Positions 27,190-38,062 are shown, counted from the first letter of the stretch. The stretch: 64,000 bases of DNA from Eubacteriales bacterium (GCA_045649925.1 JAZRQS010000027.1:4795-68794); one strand, 5' to 3'. Numbers and translations are program-made. The notes: generated by a model from the sequence alone, not told the origin.

Positions 27190-28530
27190 ATGAAAGATAA
27201 AATTATTGTAATAGGTGCAGGTCTTGCAGGCTGTGAGGCGGCATGGCAGGCGGCTCGTCAGGGAGTCAGAGTAGTGCTTTATGAAATGAAGCCACATAAG
27301 TATACACCTGCGCACCACAGTGAAAATTTCGCAGAGCTCGTCTGCTCAAATTCCTTCCGCTCAAACCAATTGAGCAATGCGGTGGGACTTCTGAAGGCAG
27401 AGCTTTGCGAGATGGATTCCTTGATAATGCAAGCGGCTTACGCTTCATCTGTTCCCGCAGGAAGCGCTTTGGCTGTAGACCGCGCAAAATTTTCGTCATT
27501 TATAACGGAGAAGATAAAAAACCATCCCCTTATTTCCGTAGTGGAGAAGGAGGTCGTTGACTTTTCCGACTTTGCAGATGAAATTGTAGTCGTCGCTACA
27601 GGACCGCTTACCTCTGAGGATTTTTCAAAGTCGATTTCCGAGCTTGTCGGAGGCGGAGAATTGCATTTCTTTGATGCTGCCGCACCCATTGTGGATGCAT
27701 CGACAGTTGATACAAGCATCGCCTTCTTTGCTTCAAGATATGGAAAGGGCGACGGTGCCGATTATCTCAATTGCCCCATGACCAAGGAGCAGTATGACCG
27801 CTTCTATGAGGAATTGATAAATGCCGAGATGGCTGAACTAAAGGAATTTGATGCGAAATCCCAAAAGGACGAGCTCAAGGTGTTTGAAGGTTGTATGCCC
27901 GTCGAGGTTATGGCAAAGCGTGGATACGATGTATTGAGATATGGACCTATGAAGCCCGTAGGTCTGCCACTTCCAAGCACTGGCAAGGATGCATACGCCA
28001 CAGTCCAGCTCCGCAAGGAAAACAGGGAGGGCACGATGTTCAACATCGTCGGCTTCCAGACACATCTCACCTTCGGCGAGCAGAAAAGAGTTTTCCGCAT
28101 GATACCCGGTCTTGAAAATGCAGAATTTTTCAGATACGGAGTAATGCACAGAAACACATACTTAAACTCTGTCAAGCTTTTGTCTGCGGATTATTCCATG
28201 AAAGAGTATGAAAACATATTTTTCGCAGGTCAGATGACGGGTGTGGAAGGATATATAGAGTCTACTTCGTCTGGATTTGTCGCAGGACTGAATGCAGCAA
28301 TGCTTGCGCTTGGCAAGGAAAAGGTCATCTTCCCGAAGACGACACAGATAGGTGCCCTCGCACACTACGTGAGCGATGAAAACGTACAAAATTTCCAGCC
28401 TATGAATGCAAACTTTGGAATTATCGCTCCACTTGACAAAAAGGTCAAGGGCGGAAAAACAGCTCGAAATGAGGCATATTCACAGCGCTCCTTGGAGTAT
28501 ATAAAGGAAATCTACCAAAAATTCAAATGA
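27190..28530 (+). CDS. trmFO: Methylenetetrahydrofolate--tRNA-(uracil-5)-methyltransferase TrmFO (Gid)
   Basis: FAD motif IIVIGAGLAGCEAAWQAA...ELVCSNSFRS. It follows topA, as in Bacillus. Confidence 0.9.
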   Translation: MKDKIIVIGAGLAGCEAAWQAARQGVRVVLYEMKPHKYTPAHHSENFAELVCSNSFRSNQLSNAVGLLKAELCEMDSLIMQAAYASSVPAGSALAVDRAKFSSFITEKIKNHPLISVVEKEVVDFSDFADEIVVVATGPLTSEDFSKSISELVGGGELHFFDAAAPIVDASTVDTSIAFFASRYGKGDGADYLNCPMTKEQYDRFYEELINAEMAELKEFDAKSQKDELKVFEGCMPVEVMAKRGYDVLRYGPMKPVGLPLPSTGKDAYATVQLRKENREGTMFNIVGFQTHLTFGEQKRVFRMIPGLENAEFFRYGVMHRNTYLNSVKLLSADYSMKEYENIFFAGQMTGVEGYIESTSSGFVAGLNAAMLALGKEKVIFPKTTQIGALAHYVSDENVQNFQPMNANFGIIAPLDKKVKGGKTARNEAYSQRSLEYIKEIYQKFK

Positions 28531-28542
28531 TGCGAGGCAATT

Positions 28543-29577
28543 ATGAAAATTATAATTGACGTAATGAGTGGCGACAACGCACCTCTCGAATTGCTCAAGG
28601 GCGCTGTTATGGCGGCACAGGAGTGTGGCGAGGAGATAGTAGTCGTCGGAGATGAAAATATAATACGCGAAACTGCGACAAAGGAAGGTCTTTGTCTCGA
28701 CAAGATAACTGTAGCGCATGCCGATGAGGTTATCACTATGGAGGACGAGGCACTTTCTGTCGTCAGAGCCAAAAAGGGTTCATCTATGAGTGTCGGCTTG
28801 AAGATGCTCTCAAACGGCGAGGGCGATGCCTTTGTCAGCGCAGGAAATACAGGTGCGCTCCTTGCAGGCGCAACGCTCATAGTAAGAAGAATAAAGGGAA
28901 TACGCCGCGCAGGTATCGCTACAGTATTGCCCCTGACATCTCCCTTGTTGCTCTTGGATTCAGGCGCAAATCTTGAGATTACGGCGTCAGACGCAGAGCA
29001 GTTTGCTGCAATGGGCTCGATTTACATGAACAAGATATACGGAATCGAAAAACCGAGAGTAGGACAGGCAAACAACGGAACAGAGCATAACAAGGGCAAG
29101 CAGCTGCAGATAGAAATTTACGAGCAGCTTTCAAAATCCAAGGACATCAATTTCGTAGGAAACATAGAGGGAAAGATGATTCCTTTCTCACATTGCGACG
29201 TTTTGGTGGCTGACGGATTTACAGGAAATATAATCTTAAAGACCATTGAGGCAATGGGTAAATTCATATTCAAGGAAATCAAGGGAGTGTTCTATTCGAA
29301 CATAGCGACAAAGCTCGCAGCCTTGACTATGAAGGGAAAGATAAATTCTATGCGCAAGAAGTTTGATGCATCAGAGCACGGTGGCGCACCCATACTTGGA
29401 ATTGCAAAACCTGTTATAAAGGCTCACGGAAGCTCTGACGCCAAGGCTATCAAAAATGCCGTAAAGCAGGCGATTAGCTTTGTTAATACGGGAATAAACT
29501 CCGAGATAGCAGATTGGGCACTTCGCGCAAAAGAAGAGAAAAACGAGCAAAAAGAATCGGCAGAACAAGCCGAGTAA
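28543..29577 (+). CDS. plsX: Phosphate acyltransferase PlsX
   Basis: MKIIIDVMSGDNAP..., DAFVSAGNTGALLAGA, GAPILGI..PVIKAHGSSD. Confidence 0.9.
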   Translation: MKIIIDVMSGDNAPLELLKGAVMAAQECGEEIVVVGDENIIRETATKEGLCLDKITVAHADEVITMEDEALSVVRAKKGSSMSVGLKMLSNGEGDAFVSAGNTGALLAGATLIVRRIKGIRRAGIATVLPLTSPLLLLDSGANLEITASDAEQFAAMGSIYMNKIYGIEKPRVGQANNGTEHNKGKQLQIEIYEQLSKSKDINFVGNIEGKMIPFSHCDVLVADGFTGNIILKTIEAMGKFIFKEIKGVFYSNIATKLAALTMKGKINSMRKKFDASEHGGAPILGIAKPVIKAHGSSDAKAIKNAVKQAISFVNTGINSEIADWALRAKEEKNEQKESAEQAE

Positions 29578-29606
29578 CATTACAAAAACAAAAAATGAGG
29601 TTGGTT

Positions 29607-30335
29607 ATGTCAGCGCACAGAGATAACGGCGTATTAGAGAAGAAAATTGAATATTCCTTTAAAAATAAGACGCTGCTCAAAAACGCGTTGACACATTCCT
29701 CGTATTCAAACGAGCAAAAGCCGAAATGCAAGGATATTGTTTCAAACGAAAGACTTGAGTTTCTTGGCGACACGATATTGCAGATAATAATCAGCGAATA
29801 TCTGTATTTGGCATTCCCGAGCAATAACGAGGGATTTTTGACAAAGACACGTCAGGGGCTTGTCTGCGAGGCTACGCTTGCCAAGGTGGCAAAGAGCATA
29901 GGCTTGGGCGATTTCTTGTATCTTGGCAAGGGCGATGAGCTGAACGGAGGCAGAGAAAGAGATTCCGTACTTGCAGATGCCTTTGAAGCATTGCTTGCCG
30001 CTATATACATAGATGGTGGAGAGCAGGGCATGCAGGTGGCAAAGCGCACAGTTTACTCGCTTATGAAAGAAGAGCTGAAGGCGTGCCATTCCGGCTTGTC
30101 TGTCGATTACAAGACAAGGCTGCAGCAATTGGTTCAGCAAGGGGGCGACGAGGCTCTTGACTACGAGGTGGTATCCGAGCAAGGACCTGCGCACGATCGT
30201 GTGTTCGAGGTAAATGCCAAGATAAACAGTAATATAGTCGGCACAGGCCAGGGACGCACCAAGCGAGAGGCAGAGCAAAAGGCGGCTCACGAGGCACTTT
30301 TGTGGTTTGGCGTGAGGGATTTATACAATGAGTAA
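29607..30335 (+). CDS. rnc: Ribonuclease III
   Basis: NERLEFLGDTIL signature, DAFEALLAAIYIDGG, and a dsRBD (GPAHDRVFEV...GRTKREAEQKAA). Start at ATG 29607 after GAGG. Confidence 0.9.
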   Translation: MSAHRDNGVLEKKIEYSFKNKTLLKNALTHSSYSNEQKPKCKDIVSNERLEFLGDTILQIIISEYLYLAFPSNNEGFLTKTRQGLVCEATLAKVAKSIGLGDFLYLGKGDELNGGRERDSVLADAFEALLAAIYIDGGEQGMQVAKRTVYSLMKEELKACHSGLSVDYKTRLQQLVQQGGDEALDYEVVSEQGPAHDRVFEVNAKINSNIVGTGQGRTKREAEQKAAHEALLWFGVRDLYNE

Positions 30336-31350
30336 AAAACATGTGAATATCCCCATATTCATACCTCACATGGGATGTCCTAATCAATGCGTTTTTTGTA
30401 ACCAAAGGACAATTTCGGGAGTAAGCGAGTTTTCCGTTGAGTTCGTAATTCCTCAGATAGAAGAAGCTCTCGCAACCATCAATACGGCAGTAACTACTGC
30501 GGAAATCGCATTTTTTGGTGGATCCTTTACAGGCATTGACCGTTCTTTAATGTGCGAATTGCTACAGATAGCTTACGGATATATCGAAAATGGCTTGGTA
30601 GAGAGTGTGAGGCTTTCCACCCGTCCCGATTACATTGACGATGAGATTCTTGACATACTTGCCAAGTATGGTGTAAAAACTATAGAGCTTGGCTTGCAGA
30701 GTATGGTTGACAGAGTCTTGGTAGCGTCAAAGCGAGGACACGATTCCGAGAGTGCTATAAACGCCTGCCGTAAAATCGTCGCAAGAGGATTTGACCTTGT
30801 AGGGCAGATGATGATAGGCTTGCCTTCGTCTACGCTTGAAGACGAGATATTTACCGCTCGTCAGATAGTAGAGTGTGGAGCTGTGGGTGCGCGTATTTAT
30901 CCTACTGTGGTACTTCAGCAGACAGAGCTCAAGGACTATTGCTGTCAAGGAATGTACGAGCCTCTCGGTGTGGAAGATGCAGTATATCGCTCAAAGGAAG
31001 TAATGAAGATATTCATAGAAGGCAAGGTTGATGTAATAAGGGTAGGACTTCACGCTTCAGAAAACCTTGTATCGAGCGAAACGTATTATGCAGGTCCAAA
31101 CCATTCAGCTCTTGGCGAGCTCGTGTATGGTGAGCTGTATTACGATATTGAAAAAAACACCTTATCTGAGCTTGGCGAGGACTTGTCTGGCAGATGCGTG
31201 ACTATATACGTGCCTGCAGGTGCGACCTCAAAGGCAGTAGGACAAAAAAAGAAAAATATTATTCGACTTAAGGAAGAATTTAAGCTACTTGATATCAATG
31301 TCGAGTGCGACGCCTCCTTATCGGATTATCAAATAAAAATAAATTTATAG
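30328..31350 (+). CDS. Radical SAM protein (ELP3/MiaB-like fold, function unknown)
   Basis: CPNQCVFC (Cx3Cx2C) at the N-terminus. The start overlaps the rnc stop by 8 nt. It sits between rnc and smc. Confidence 0.75.
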   Translation: MSKKHVNIPIFIPHMGCPNQCVFCNQRTISGVSEFSVEFVIPQIEEALATINTAVTTAEIAFFGGSFTGIDRSLMCELLQIAYGYIENGLVESVRLSTRPDYIDDEILDILAKYGVKTIELGLQSMVDRVLVASKRGHDSESAINACRKIVARGFDLVGQMMIGLPSSTLEDEIFTARQIVECGAVGARIYPTVVLQQTELKDYCCQGMYEPLGVEDAVYRSKEVMKIFIEGKVDVIRVGLHASENLVSSETYYAGPNHSALGELVYGELYYDIEKNTLSELGEDLSGRCVTIYVPAGATSKAVGQKKKNIIRLKEEFKLLDINVECDASLSDYQIKINL

Positions 31351-31362
31351 GACGGATAACAA

Positions 31363-34300
31363 ATGTACTTAAAATCACTTGAATTACATGGCTTCAAGTC
31401 TTTTCCTAATAGAACAGTGCTTAATTTTGAGCGTGGAGCTACAGTTGTCGTAGGACCGAACGGAAGTGGAAAATCCAACATTTCTGACGCTATGCGCTGG
31501 GTTTTGGGTGAAATCTCGAGTAGAAATATACGAGGCACCAAAATGGAGGACGTCATCTTTGGAGGAACGAACGACAGACGCCCTATGGGATTTGCAGAGG
31601 TTTCCGTTACCTTTGACAATACCGAAAAGTCTCACCGCGTCGACTCTCCCTACGAGGAGATAACTGTAACGAGAAGATACTATCGTTCGGGAGAAAGCGA
31701 GTACCTTATAAACAGAAAGCCCGTAAGACTTCGTGATATTCACGAGCTGTTTATGAATACGGGTGTAGGTAGGGAAGGATACTCTATCATCGGTCAGGGA
31801 AAGGTCGCTGAGATGATTTCCAAAAAGAGCGAGGATAGAAGAAACATCTTCGAGGAAGCGGCAGGAATATCCAAGTATCGTCATAGAAAAGAAGAGACCG
31901 AGCGCCGTCTTAACGAAACGGAAAATAATATGGTGCGCGTGCGCGATATTCTCGGTGAGCTCGAGCTTCGCGTAGGACCTCTTGAAAAGGACGCTGAAAA
32001 GGCAAAGAAATATCTTGAGCTTTACGATGAGAAAAAGCGCGCAGACGTCGCATTGTGGCTTTACGATACGGAAAAGCTTCGCACGGATTTGAAGAAGGCG
32101 GAGTCAGACTTCAAGCTTGCTGAGCACGAGTATGAGCTCATTCAGGAGTCGCTTTCCTCTCTTGAGGCGCAGAGCGACAGAGTTTTTGAGCAGTCACAGA
32201 AGAACAAGCTTGCCTCCGAGCAGATACTCACAAAGATAAACGAGTGCACAAGCCAGATGCATCGCCTTGACAACGAGTATGGTGTATCCGAAAACGAGTC
32301 CAAGCACAGACTCGATATGATAGAGCAGTGTAAGCGCCGCATCGCAGAAATAGACGCTTCTGAGGAGGCTATCCGTAGCGATGGTATAAACAGTATGGCG
32401 AAGATAGAGGGCTTGCGCGAGCAGCTCGAAATACTTCGTACAGAGCGTTTGGAGATACTCGCAAAGCAGCAGAAGATAGGCGAGGATATAAAGAACGCCG
32501 AGGCGCTCCTTGCAGAAAAGCTCGCAGAGCTTAACAAGATAGAAGCAGAGGCTCTAAATTTGAGAGTGCGCGCCGATGTAATCAAGAATACACAAAGCTC
32601 TGACTCTACAAAGGGTAACTCCTTGCTTGAACAGATAGCTCAGTATGAAAAGGAAAGAGAAAAGCTTCTTTCCGAGGCGCAGAGATGTGAAGAAAGCGCA
32701 AAGAATTTCAAGGACAAGATCGCTTCATACGAAAAGATAGCATCGGATAATACAGCGCTCGTAGAAAAGGCAAACGAAGAAAAGCAGAATCTCATTGACA
32801 AGTGTGGCACTCTCAAAATAGAGCAGGGCACACTTGAGCAGAGAGCTGAAGCGCTTCGCCGTATGGAAGAGCATTTTGAAGGCTATAATGAAAGCGTACG
32901 CTTTGTTATGCGTGAGCATTCAAACGGCAACATCTCCGGCGCAGGAAACATATACGGCCCCGTATCACAGATAGTTTCTACAGATGAAAAATATATCACA
33001 GCTATAGAAACGGCTCTTGGCGCAAGCATGCAGAACATTGTCGTCGAAAACGAAAGCACGGCAAAGGCATGCATAGCCGCACTCAAAAATGCAAAGGCAG
33101 GTCGCGCTACCTTCTATCCCATCAGCGCTATAAAGCCTGGCGCTGAGCCCGATGATATAAAACAGTCGGCAAAATACAAGGGTTATATAGGCAGGGCTGA
33201 TACTTTGACTGTCTGCGACACGAAATATAAGAATATCGTAGAATGGCTCTTGGGCAGAACTGTTATATTCGATAATATAGAAAACGCATCCGACGCCGCA
33301 ATTGCACTCAAGTACAGAGTAAAGATAGTTACTCTTGACGGGCAGGTAATTAATGCGGGTGGTTCTTATACTGGTGGTTCAGTAAAGAATAGCAGTGGTA
33401 TGCTTTCTCGCTCTCTTGAAATTGAAAAGATACTTTCAAAAGCAGAGGCGCTTGGCAAATCGCTGAAGGAAGGACAGAAGGAGCTTGACGATAAGGAAGC
33501 AGAAATAGGTAAGCTGACTTCAAAGATTAAGGATGCCGAGCAGCAGAAGGAGCTTTTGCTTTCTTTGTCAAGAGCACAGTTTGCCGCATTGGATAGCGCA
33601 AATGCAAAGCTCGATGCAAACAGCGAGCTTATCGAAAAGCTGAAGGGCGACTATGACAAGCTATCCGACGACAACAAGGAGTTTGAGAGTGAGCTTGCTT
33701 CCCTTAAGTCCGAGCTTTCGGTATTTGAAGAAAAAATCGCAGCTATAAACGAGTTCCGTGAAAATCTTGAAATAGAAAAGAATGCGCTTGCAGACGAAAA
33801 GGAAGAACTTCAGAATAGTGCGAACGAGATGTTCATTCGCATCACAGAGATTTCAAAGGATATAGAGGCGGCAGAAAACATGAAGGAAAGCGCCGCAGAC
33901 CGTCTGCGCGAGCTTGAATGTGACCGCGAAAACCAGAACAAGTATATAGCAGAATATAAGGAGCAGGAAAAGGATCTTATCGCTACGAGAGGTCTCAATC
34001 GTGAGGAACGAGAGAAGCTTCAGAGCGCACTTGAAGAGCTTCGTGAGCAGAGAGAGTCACTCGAGCAGGATATTGTCGAATACGACAAGCGTATTGCCGA
34101 GCTTCGTCTCCTGACACGCGATAAGTCCAACCACAAGGAGCTTTGCTTCAGGTCCTTTACAACGAGTGAGTCGAAGCTCAAGCAGCTTCAGGCAGAGCAG
34201 GACAGACTCAGCATCAAGCTCTGGGAGGACTATGAGATCTCCTACGAGGATGCATTGAAGATGGACGTCGAGACAGTAACGGCACAGAACCGCTCTGAAT

Positions 34301-34980
34301 TCGCTTCCATACAGAACAGCTGTCGCTCCAAGATACGCGCATTGGGGCCTGTAAACGTTTCTGCAATAGAGGAATACAAGGACGTCAAGAAGCGTTACGA
34401 TGAGCTGAAGCTCCAGGTGGACGATCTTACGAGATCCTACGAGGAGCTTTTCGGAATCGTAAATAAGATAGAAGAGGAAATGAAGAACAGCTTCATTTCT
34501 ACCTTCACAGAAATAAACAACAATTTCGGCACGGTATTTTCCGAGCTGTTTGGCGGTGGTACTGCAGAGCTTTCGCTCACAGATCCCGACAACGTGTTGA
34601 CAAGTGGAATTGAGATAAAGGCGGCGCCTCCCGGAAAGATAATCAACAACATGTCGCTCCTTTCTGGTGGAGAGCAGTCGTTTGTAGCTATAGCGCTCTT
34701 CTTCGCAATTCTGAAGGTAAACCCCACGCCCTTCTGTATTCTCGACGAGATAGAGGCGGCACTTGACGAGGTAAACGTATTCAGATTTGGAGAATACATA
34801 AAGAAATTCTGCTCTGACACTCAGTTCGTGCTTATAACGCACAGACGAGGAACAATGGAGGTCGCAGACCGTCTCTACGGCGTTACTATGCCTGAGCGTG
34901 GTGTCTCCAAGGTAATTCCTCTCGACGTGAACGAGATTGAGAGCAAGAAAAAGGAGCTTACAGAGGATGGCATTCTTTGA
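31363..34980 (+). CDS. smc: Chromosome segregation protein SMC
   Basis: Walker A GPNGSGKSN, long coiled coils, hinge region, signature LSGGEQS, Walker B ILDEIEAALD. Confidence 0.95.
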   Translation: MYLKSLELHGFKSFPNRTVLNFERGATVVVGPNGSGKSNISDAMRWVLGEISSRNIRGTKMEDVIFGGTNDRRPMGFAEVSVTFDNTEKSHRVDSPYEEITVTRRYYRSGESEYLINRKPVRLRDIHELFMNTGVGREGYSIIGQGKVAEMISKKSEDRRNIFEEAAGISKYRHRKEETERRLNETENNMVRVRDILGELELRVGPLEKDAEKAKKYLELYDEKKRADVALWLYDTEKLRTDLKKAESDFKLAEHEYELIQESLSSLEAQSDRVFEQSQKNKLASEQILTKINECTSQMHRLDNEYGVSENESKHRLDMIEQCKRRIAEIDASEEAIRSDGINSMAKIEGLREQLEILRTERLEILAKQQKIGEDIKNAEALLAEKLAELNKIEAEALNLRVRADVIKNTQSSDSTKGNSLLEQIAQYEKEREKLLSEAQRCEESAKNFKDKIASYEKIASDNTALVEKANEEKQNLIDKCGTLKIEQGTLEQRAEALRRMEEHFEGYNESVRFVMREHSNGNISGAGNIYGPVSQIVSTDEKYITAIETALGASMQNIVVENESTAKACIAALKNAKAGRATFYPISAIKPGAEPDDIKQSAKYKGYIGRADTLTVCDTKYKNIVEWLLGRTVIFDNIENASDAAIALKYRVKIVTLDGQVINAGGSYTGGSVKNSSGMLSRSLEIEKILSKAEALGKSLKEGQKELDDKEAEIGKLTSKIKDAEQQKELLLSLSRAQFAALDSANAKLDANSELIEKLKGDYDKLSDDNKEFESELASLKSELSVFEEKIAAINEFRENLEIEKNALADEKEELQNSANEMFIRITEISKDIEAAENMKESAADRLRELECDRENQNKYIAEYKEQEKDLIATRGLNREEREKLQSALEELREQRESLEQDIVEYDKRIAELRLLTRDKSNHKELCFRSFTTSESKLKQLQAEQDRLSIKLWEDYEISYEDALKMDVETVTAQNRSEFASIQNSCRSKIRALGPVNVSAIEEYKDVKKRYDELKLQVDDLTRSYEELFGIVNKIEEEMKNSFISTFTEINNNFGTVFSELFGGGTAELSLTDPDNVLTSGIEIKAAPPGKIINNMSLLSGGEQSFVAIALFFAILKVNPTPFCILDEIEAALDEVNVFRFGEYIKKFCSDTQFVLITHRRGTMEVADRLYGVTMPERGVSKVIPLDVNEIESKKKELTEDGIL

Positions 34981-35866
34981 GAGATTAAAGGCGGGACTTT
35001 TTAAGACAAAAAGCAGCTTTTTAGGAAAAATAGACAGCCTTTTCAAGAGCTTTGTCCGTATAGACGAGGACTTTTTTGAGGAGCTTCTCATCTGCGCAGA
35101 CGTGGGAGTAAACGTAACAGAGGAAATACTCGACGCCCTGCGAGAGAAGATAAAGGACGAGCGCCTTTCTGCACCTGAAGAAATCAAGGAAAGCCTCTAT
35201 GCGATATTGCGTGAAACCATTGGCGAGCACGAGGGGCTTAAGATAACTACAAAGCCGTCTGTAATACTTGTTATTGGCGTAAACGGAGTAGGAAAGACTA
35301 CTTCCATAGGAAAGATTTCCGCCATTCTCAAGGAGGAGGGCAAAAAGGTAGTCGTTGCGGCGGCGGACACATTCCGCGCCGCTGCTGCCGAGCAGCTTGA
35401 GGTATGGTGCAACCGCGCAGGCGTAGACATCATCAAGCAGGCTACGGGGGCTGATCCCGCAGCAGTGGTGTTTGACGCTATCAGCGCAGTAAAAAGCAGA
35501 AAGGGCGATGTTCTTATAGTAGATACGGCAGGCAGACTTCACAACAAGAAAAACCTGATGGACGAGCTTGCTAAAATTAACAGAGTTATCGAAAGGGAAC
35601 TGCCCGATAGCGACAAAGAGGTCTTGCTTGTTATAGATGCTACCACAGGACAAAATGCTTTAAATCAGGCAAAGGAATTCAAGGAGGCGGCTTCTATTAC
35701 GGGAATAGTAATGACAAAGCTCGATGGCACTGCCAAGGGCGGCGTGCTTATTTCCGTAAAGCGAGAGCTTGATGTACCTGTAAAATTCATTGGCGTGGGT
35801 GAAAAGACCGAGGATATGCGCCCATTTGATGCAGATGAATTCGCCAGAGCTTTGTTTGAGCAATGA
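34967..35866 (+). CDS. ftsY: Signal recognition particle receptor FtsY
   Basis: [31 protein letters not shown] 34967 overlaps the smc end by 14 nt. Confidence 0.9.
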   Translation: MAFFERLKAGLFKTKSSFLGKIDSLFKSFVRIDEDFFEELLICADVGVNVTEEILDALREKIKDERLSAPEEIKESLYAILRETIGEHEGLKITTKPSVILVIGVNGVGKTTSIGKISAILKEEGKKVVVAAADTFRAAAAEQLEVWCNRAGVDIIKQATGADPAAVVFDAISAVKSRKGDVLIVDTAGRLHNKKNLMDELAKINRVIERELPDSDKEVLLVIDATTGQNALNQAKEFKEAASITGIVMTKLDGTAKGGVLISVKRELDVPVKFIGVGEKTEDMRPFDADEFARALFEQ

Positions 35867-35876
35867 GGAAATAACT

Positions 35877-36476
35877 ATGAAAATTCTTTTGGCATCGCGA
35901 AATAAAAAGAAAATTGCAGAGCTTCACAAGCTTATGCATGAATATGTAAATGATATCGAAATACTTTCTCTTGACGATGTAGGCTTTCACGACGAAATAG
36001 TCGAGGACGGCACTACATTTGAAGAGAATGCTATGATAAAGGCAAAAACAGGCGCTTCTCTTGGATATATATGCATTTCCGATGATTCGGGACTTGAGGT
36101 CGATGCGCTTGGTGGAGCACCAGGTGTCTACTCTGCAAGATATGCAGGTGAGGACGCGACAGACGAAGAGAATAACCGCAAGCTACAGGACGCCATTAAG
36201 GACGTGCCTGACGACGAGTGCACCGCTCGCTACGTTTGTGTAGTGGCGTGCGCTACACCCGACGGCGAGAGCTTTTCCGTCAGGGAAACTTGCGAAGGAA
36301 AAATAATAAAGGAATACAGAGGAAATGGTGGCTTTGGCTATGACCCTATGTTCTTTGTCGAGGAGTTTGGCTGCACGTTTGCAGAAACCACACCAGAGCA
36401 GAAGAACAGCATAAGCCATAGAGGAAAGGCTATGAGGGCGTTCTGCCGTAAGTTTTTGTCTGTATTTGGAGGATAA
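35877..36476 (+). CDS. rdgB: Non-canonical purine NTP pyrophosphatase (RdgB/HAM1)
   Basis: MKILLASRNKKKIAEL..., SDDSGLEVDALGGAPGVYSARY, FGYDPMF, SHRGKA. Confidence 0.9.
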   Translation: MKILLASRNKKKIAELHKLMHEYVNDIEILSLDDVGFHDEIVEDGTTFEENAMIKAKTGASLGYICISDDSGLEVDALGGAPGVYSARYAGEDATDEENNRKLQDAIKDVPDDECTARYVCVVACATPDGESFSVRETCEGKIIKEYRGNGGFGYDPMFFVEEFGCTFAETTPEQKNSISHRGKAMRAFCRKFLSVFGG

Positions 36477-36478
36477 AT

Positions 36479-36766
36479 ATGCTTACAAGCAAGCAGCGCG
36501 CATATTTGCGCTCATTGTCAAATGAACTGAATCCTATCTTTCAGGTCGGAAAAAACGGAATAAGCGAGGAGATGTGTCATCAAATCGCAAATGCTTTAGA
36601 GGCAAGAGAGATTATAAAAGCGAGAGTTTTGCCCAACAGTGGATATACGGCAACGGAGGCTGCAAATGCCATCGCCGATTATATTGACGCCGACGTTGTT
36701 TCCGTTGTAGGCACGAAATTCGTGCTCTATAAGGAGTCGGAAAAAAACAAGAGGATTGAAATTTAA
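36479..36766 (+). CDS. yhbY: YhbY-family (CRM domain) RNA-binding ribosome assembly protein
   Basis: LTSKQRAYLRSLSNELNPIFQVGKNGISEEM, 95 aa, upstream of nadD. Confidence 0.85.
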   Translation: MLTSKQRAYLRSLSNELNPIFQVGKNGISEEMCHQIANALEAREIIKARVLPNSGYTATEAANAIADYIDADVVSVVGTKFVLYKESEKNKRIEI

Positions 36767-37383
36767 TGTCTTCAAAAAAGAGAGTATTTATATACGGCGG
36801 CACATTTTCGCCGCCGCATATAGGACATGTAAATGTGGCTAAGGCAATAGAGCGTGAGGAAAAGCCTGACGAATTGCTCATCATTCCTACCTTTATCTCT
36901 CCCCATAAGGAGCAGTGCAACGACGCCACACCAAAACAGCGACTGCAGATGTGTCGCCTCGCCTTTTCGGATATATCCTGCGCTCGCATAAGCGATATGG
37001 AAATCACGAGAAGGGGTAAAAGCTACACCTTCGATACTATCAGCGAATTGTATGACGAAAGCACCGAGCTTACACTTGTATGTGGCACAGATATGATTTT
37101 GTCCTTTGATAGCTGGTATCGCTTTGGCGACATATTTAAAATGACCACTATAGCATATATAAGGCGAGAAAAAGAAGATGAAATTTCTCGGCAGATATGC
37201 GAAAAGGTGCAGGAATACTGTGACAAGTATAATGCACGAGTGAAGGAAATCAAGCTTGATGTAATAGAGATGTCGTCAAGTGAGATACGCGAAAAAATCA
37301 AAGGTGGAGAAGATGTGTCCTTTTATCTGACAGACGCTGTCAAGGACTATATTGAAGAACGGAAGATCTATTGCAATGAATAA
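36766..37383 (+). CDS. nadD: Nicotinate-nucleotide adenylyltransferase
   Basis: YGGTFSPPHIGH motif and ISSSEIR-like MSSSEIREKI. Confidence 0.9.
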   Translation: MSSKKRVFIYGGTFSPPHIGHVNVAKAIEREEKPDELLIIPTFISPHKEQCNDATPKQRLQMCRLAFSDISCARISDMEITRRGKSYTFDTISELYDESTELTLVCGTDMILSFDSWYRFGDIFKMTTIAYIRREKEDEISRQICEKVQEYCDKYNARVKEIKLDVIEMSSSEIREKIKGGEDVSFYLTDAVKDYIEERKIYCNE

Positions 37384-37993
37384 TAATTTTGAATCTCTCG
37401 ACGAATTGAGAAAGCACGTACGCTCAAAGGTGAGCGAAAAGAGATACGTGCATATTTTGAGAGTCGAGGAGGAGGTCGCGCAGATTGGAGCAATACTTTT
37501 GCCCGAAAAAATCAAGGAGCTCAGGATTGCCGCTATTTTTCACGACGTAACAAAAGATATATATCTTAAAGAACAGTTGCAATTATGTAAAAAGTTTGAT
37601 ATAATATTAGATAAGTGTGCAGAAGAGGCGACACTTCACGCCTTGACAGGTGCATATTATGCAAGAGAAGCTTATCCGTCTTATGTAACGGATGAAATTT
37701 TTAACGCTATAAGTGCTCACACTACAGGCTCGCCTTGTATGACCACCTTCGACAAGATTTTGTTTGTAGCAGACTATATTGAAGCTGGTCGCAAGTATGA
37801 GAAATGCAGGGCAGTGCGAGAGAAATTCTGGTCTTTCGACTGGAGCTTTGCCCGTGATGAGTGTATACGACATCTTGACAGCATTTGCATAGAGATACTC
37901 GACAACACTCTTGTGTATTTGATAGAAAATAAAAAGATCATCGACAAGGAAACCCTTTCGGCGAGAAACGCCCTTGTAGGCAAAATGTTGTAA
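37376..37993 (+). CDS. yqeK: HD-domain protein YqeK (bis(5'-nucleosyl)-tetraphosphatase type)
   Basis: RYVHILRVEE..., FHDVTK, AHTTG. ATG 37376 overlaps the nadD stop. Confidence 0.85.
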   Translation: MNNNFESLDELRKHVRSKVSEKRYVHILRVEEEVAQIGAILLPEKIKELRIAAIFHDVTKDIYLKEQLQLCKKFDIILDKCAEEATLHALTGAYYAREAYPSYVTDEIFNAISAHTTGSPCMTTFDKILFVADYIEAGRKYEKCRAVREKFWSFDWSFARDECIRHLDSICIEILDNTLVYLIENKKIIDKETLSARNALVGKML

Positions 37994-38062
37994 GTCGCTT
38001 CGGGTTTAGAATAAATGAAATTTGTTACACTAAAACTGATAAAACGGTTTTTGGAGTGTAAT

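Noticed and set aside
34057-35187. 376-aa ORF antisense to the smc/ftsY junction
   Set aside because: It overlaps two well-supported genes on the opposite strand. Its Leu/Ser/Arg-rich composition is typical of the antisense of coiled-coil coding sequence. It has no start context.
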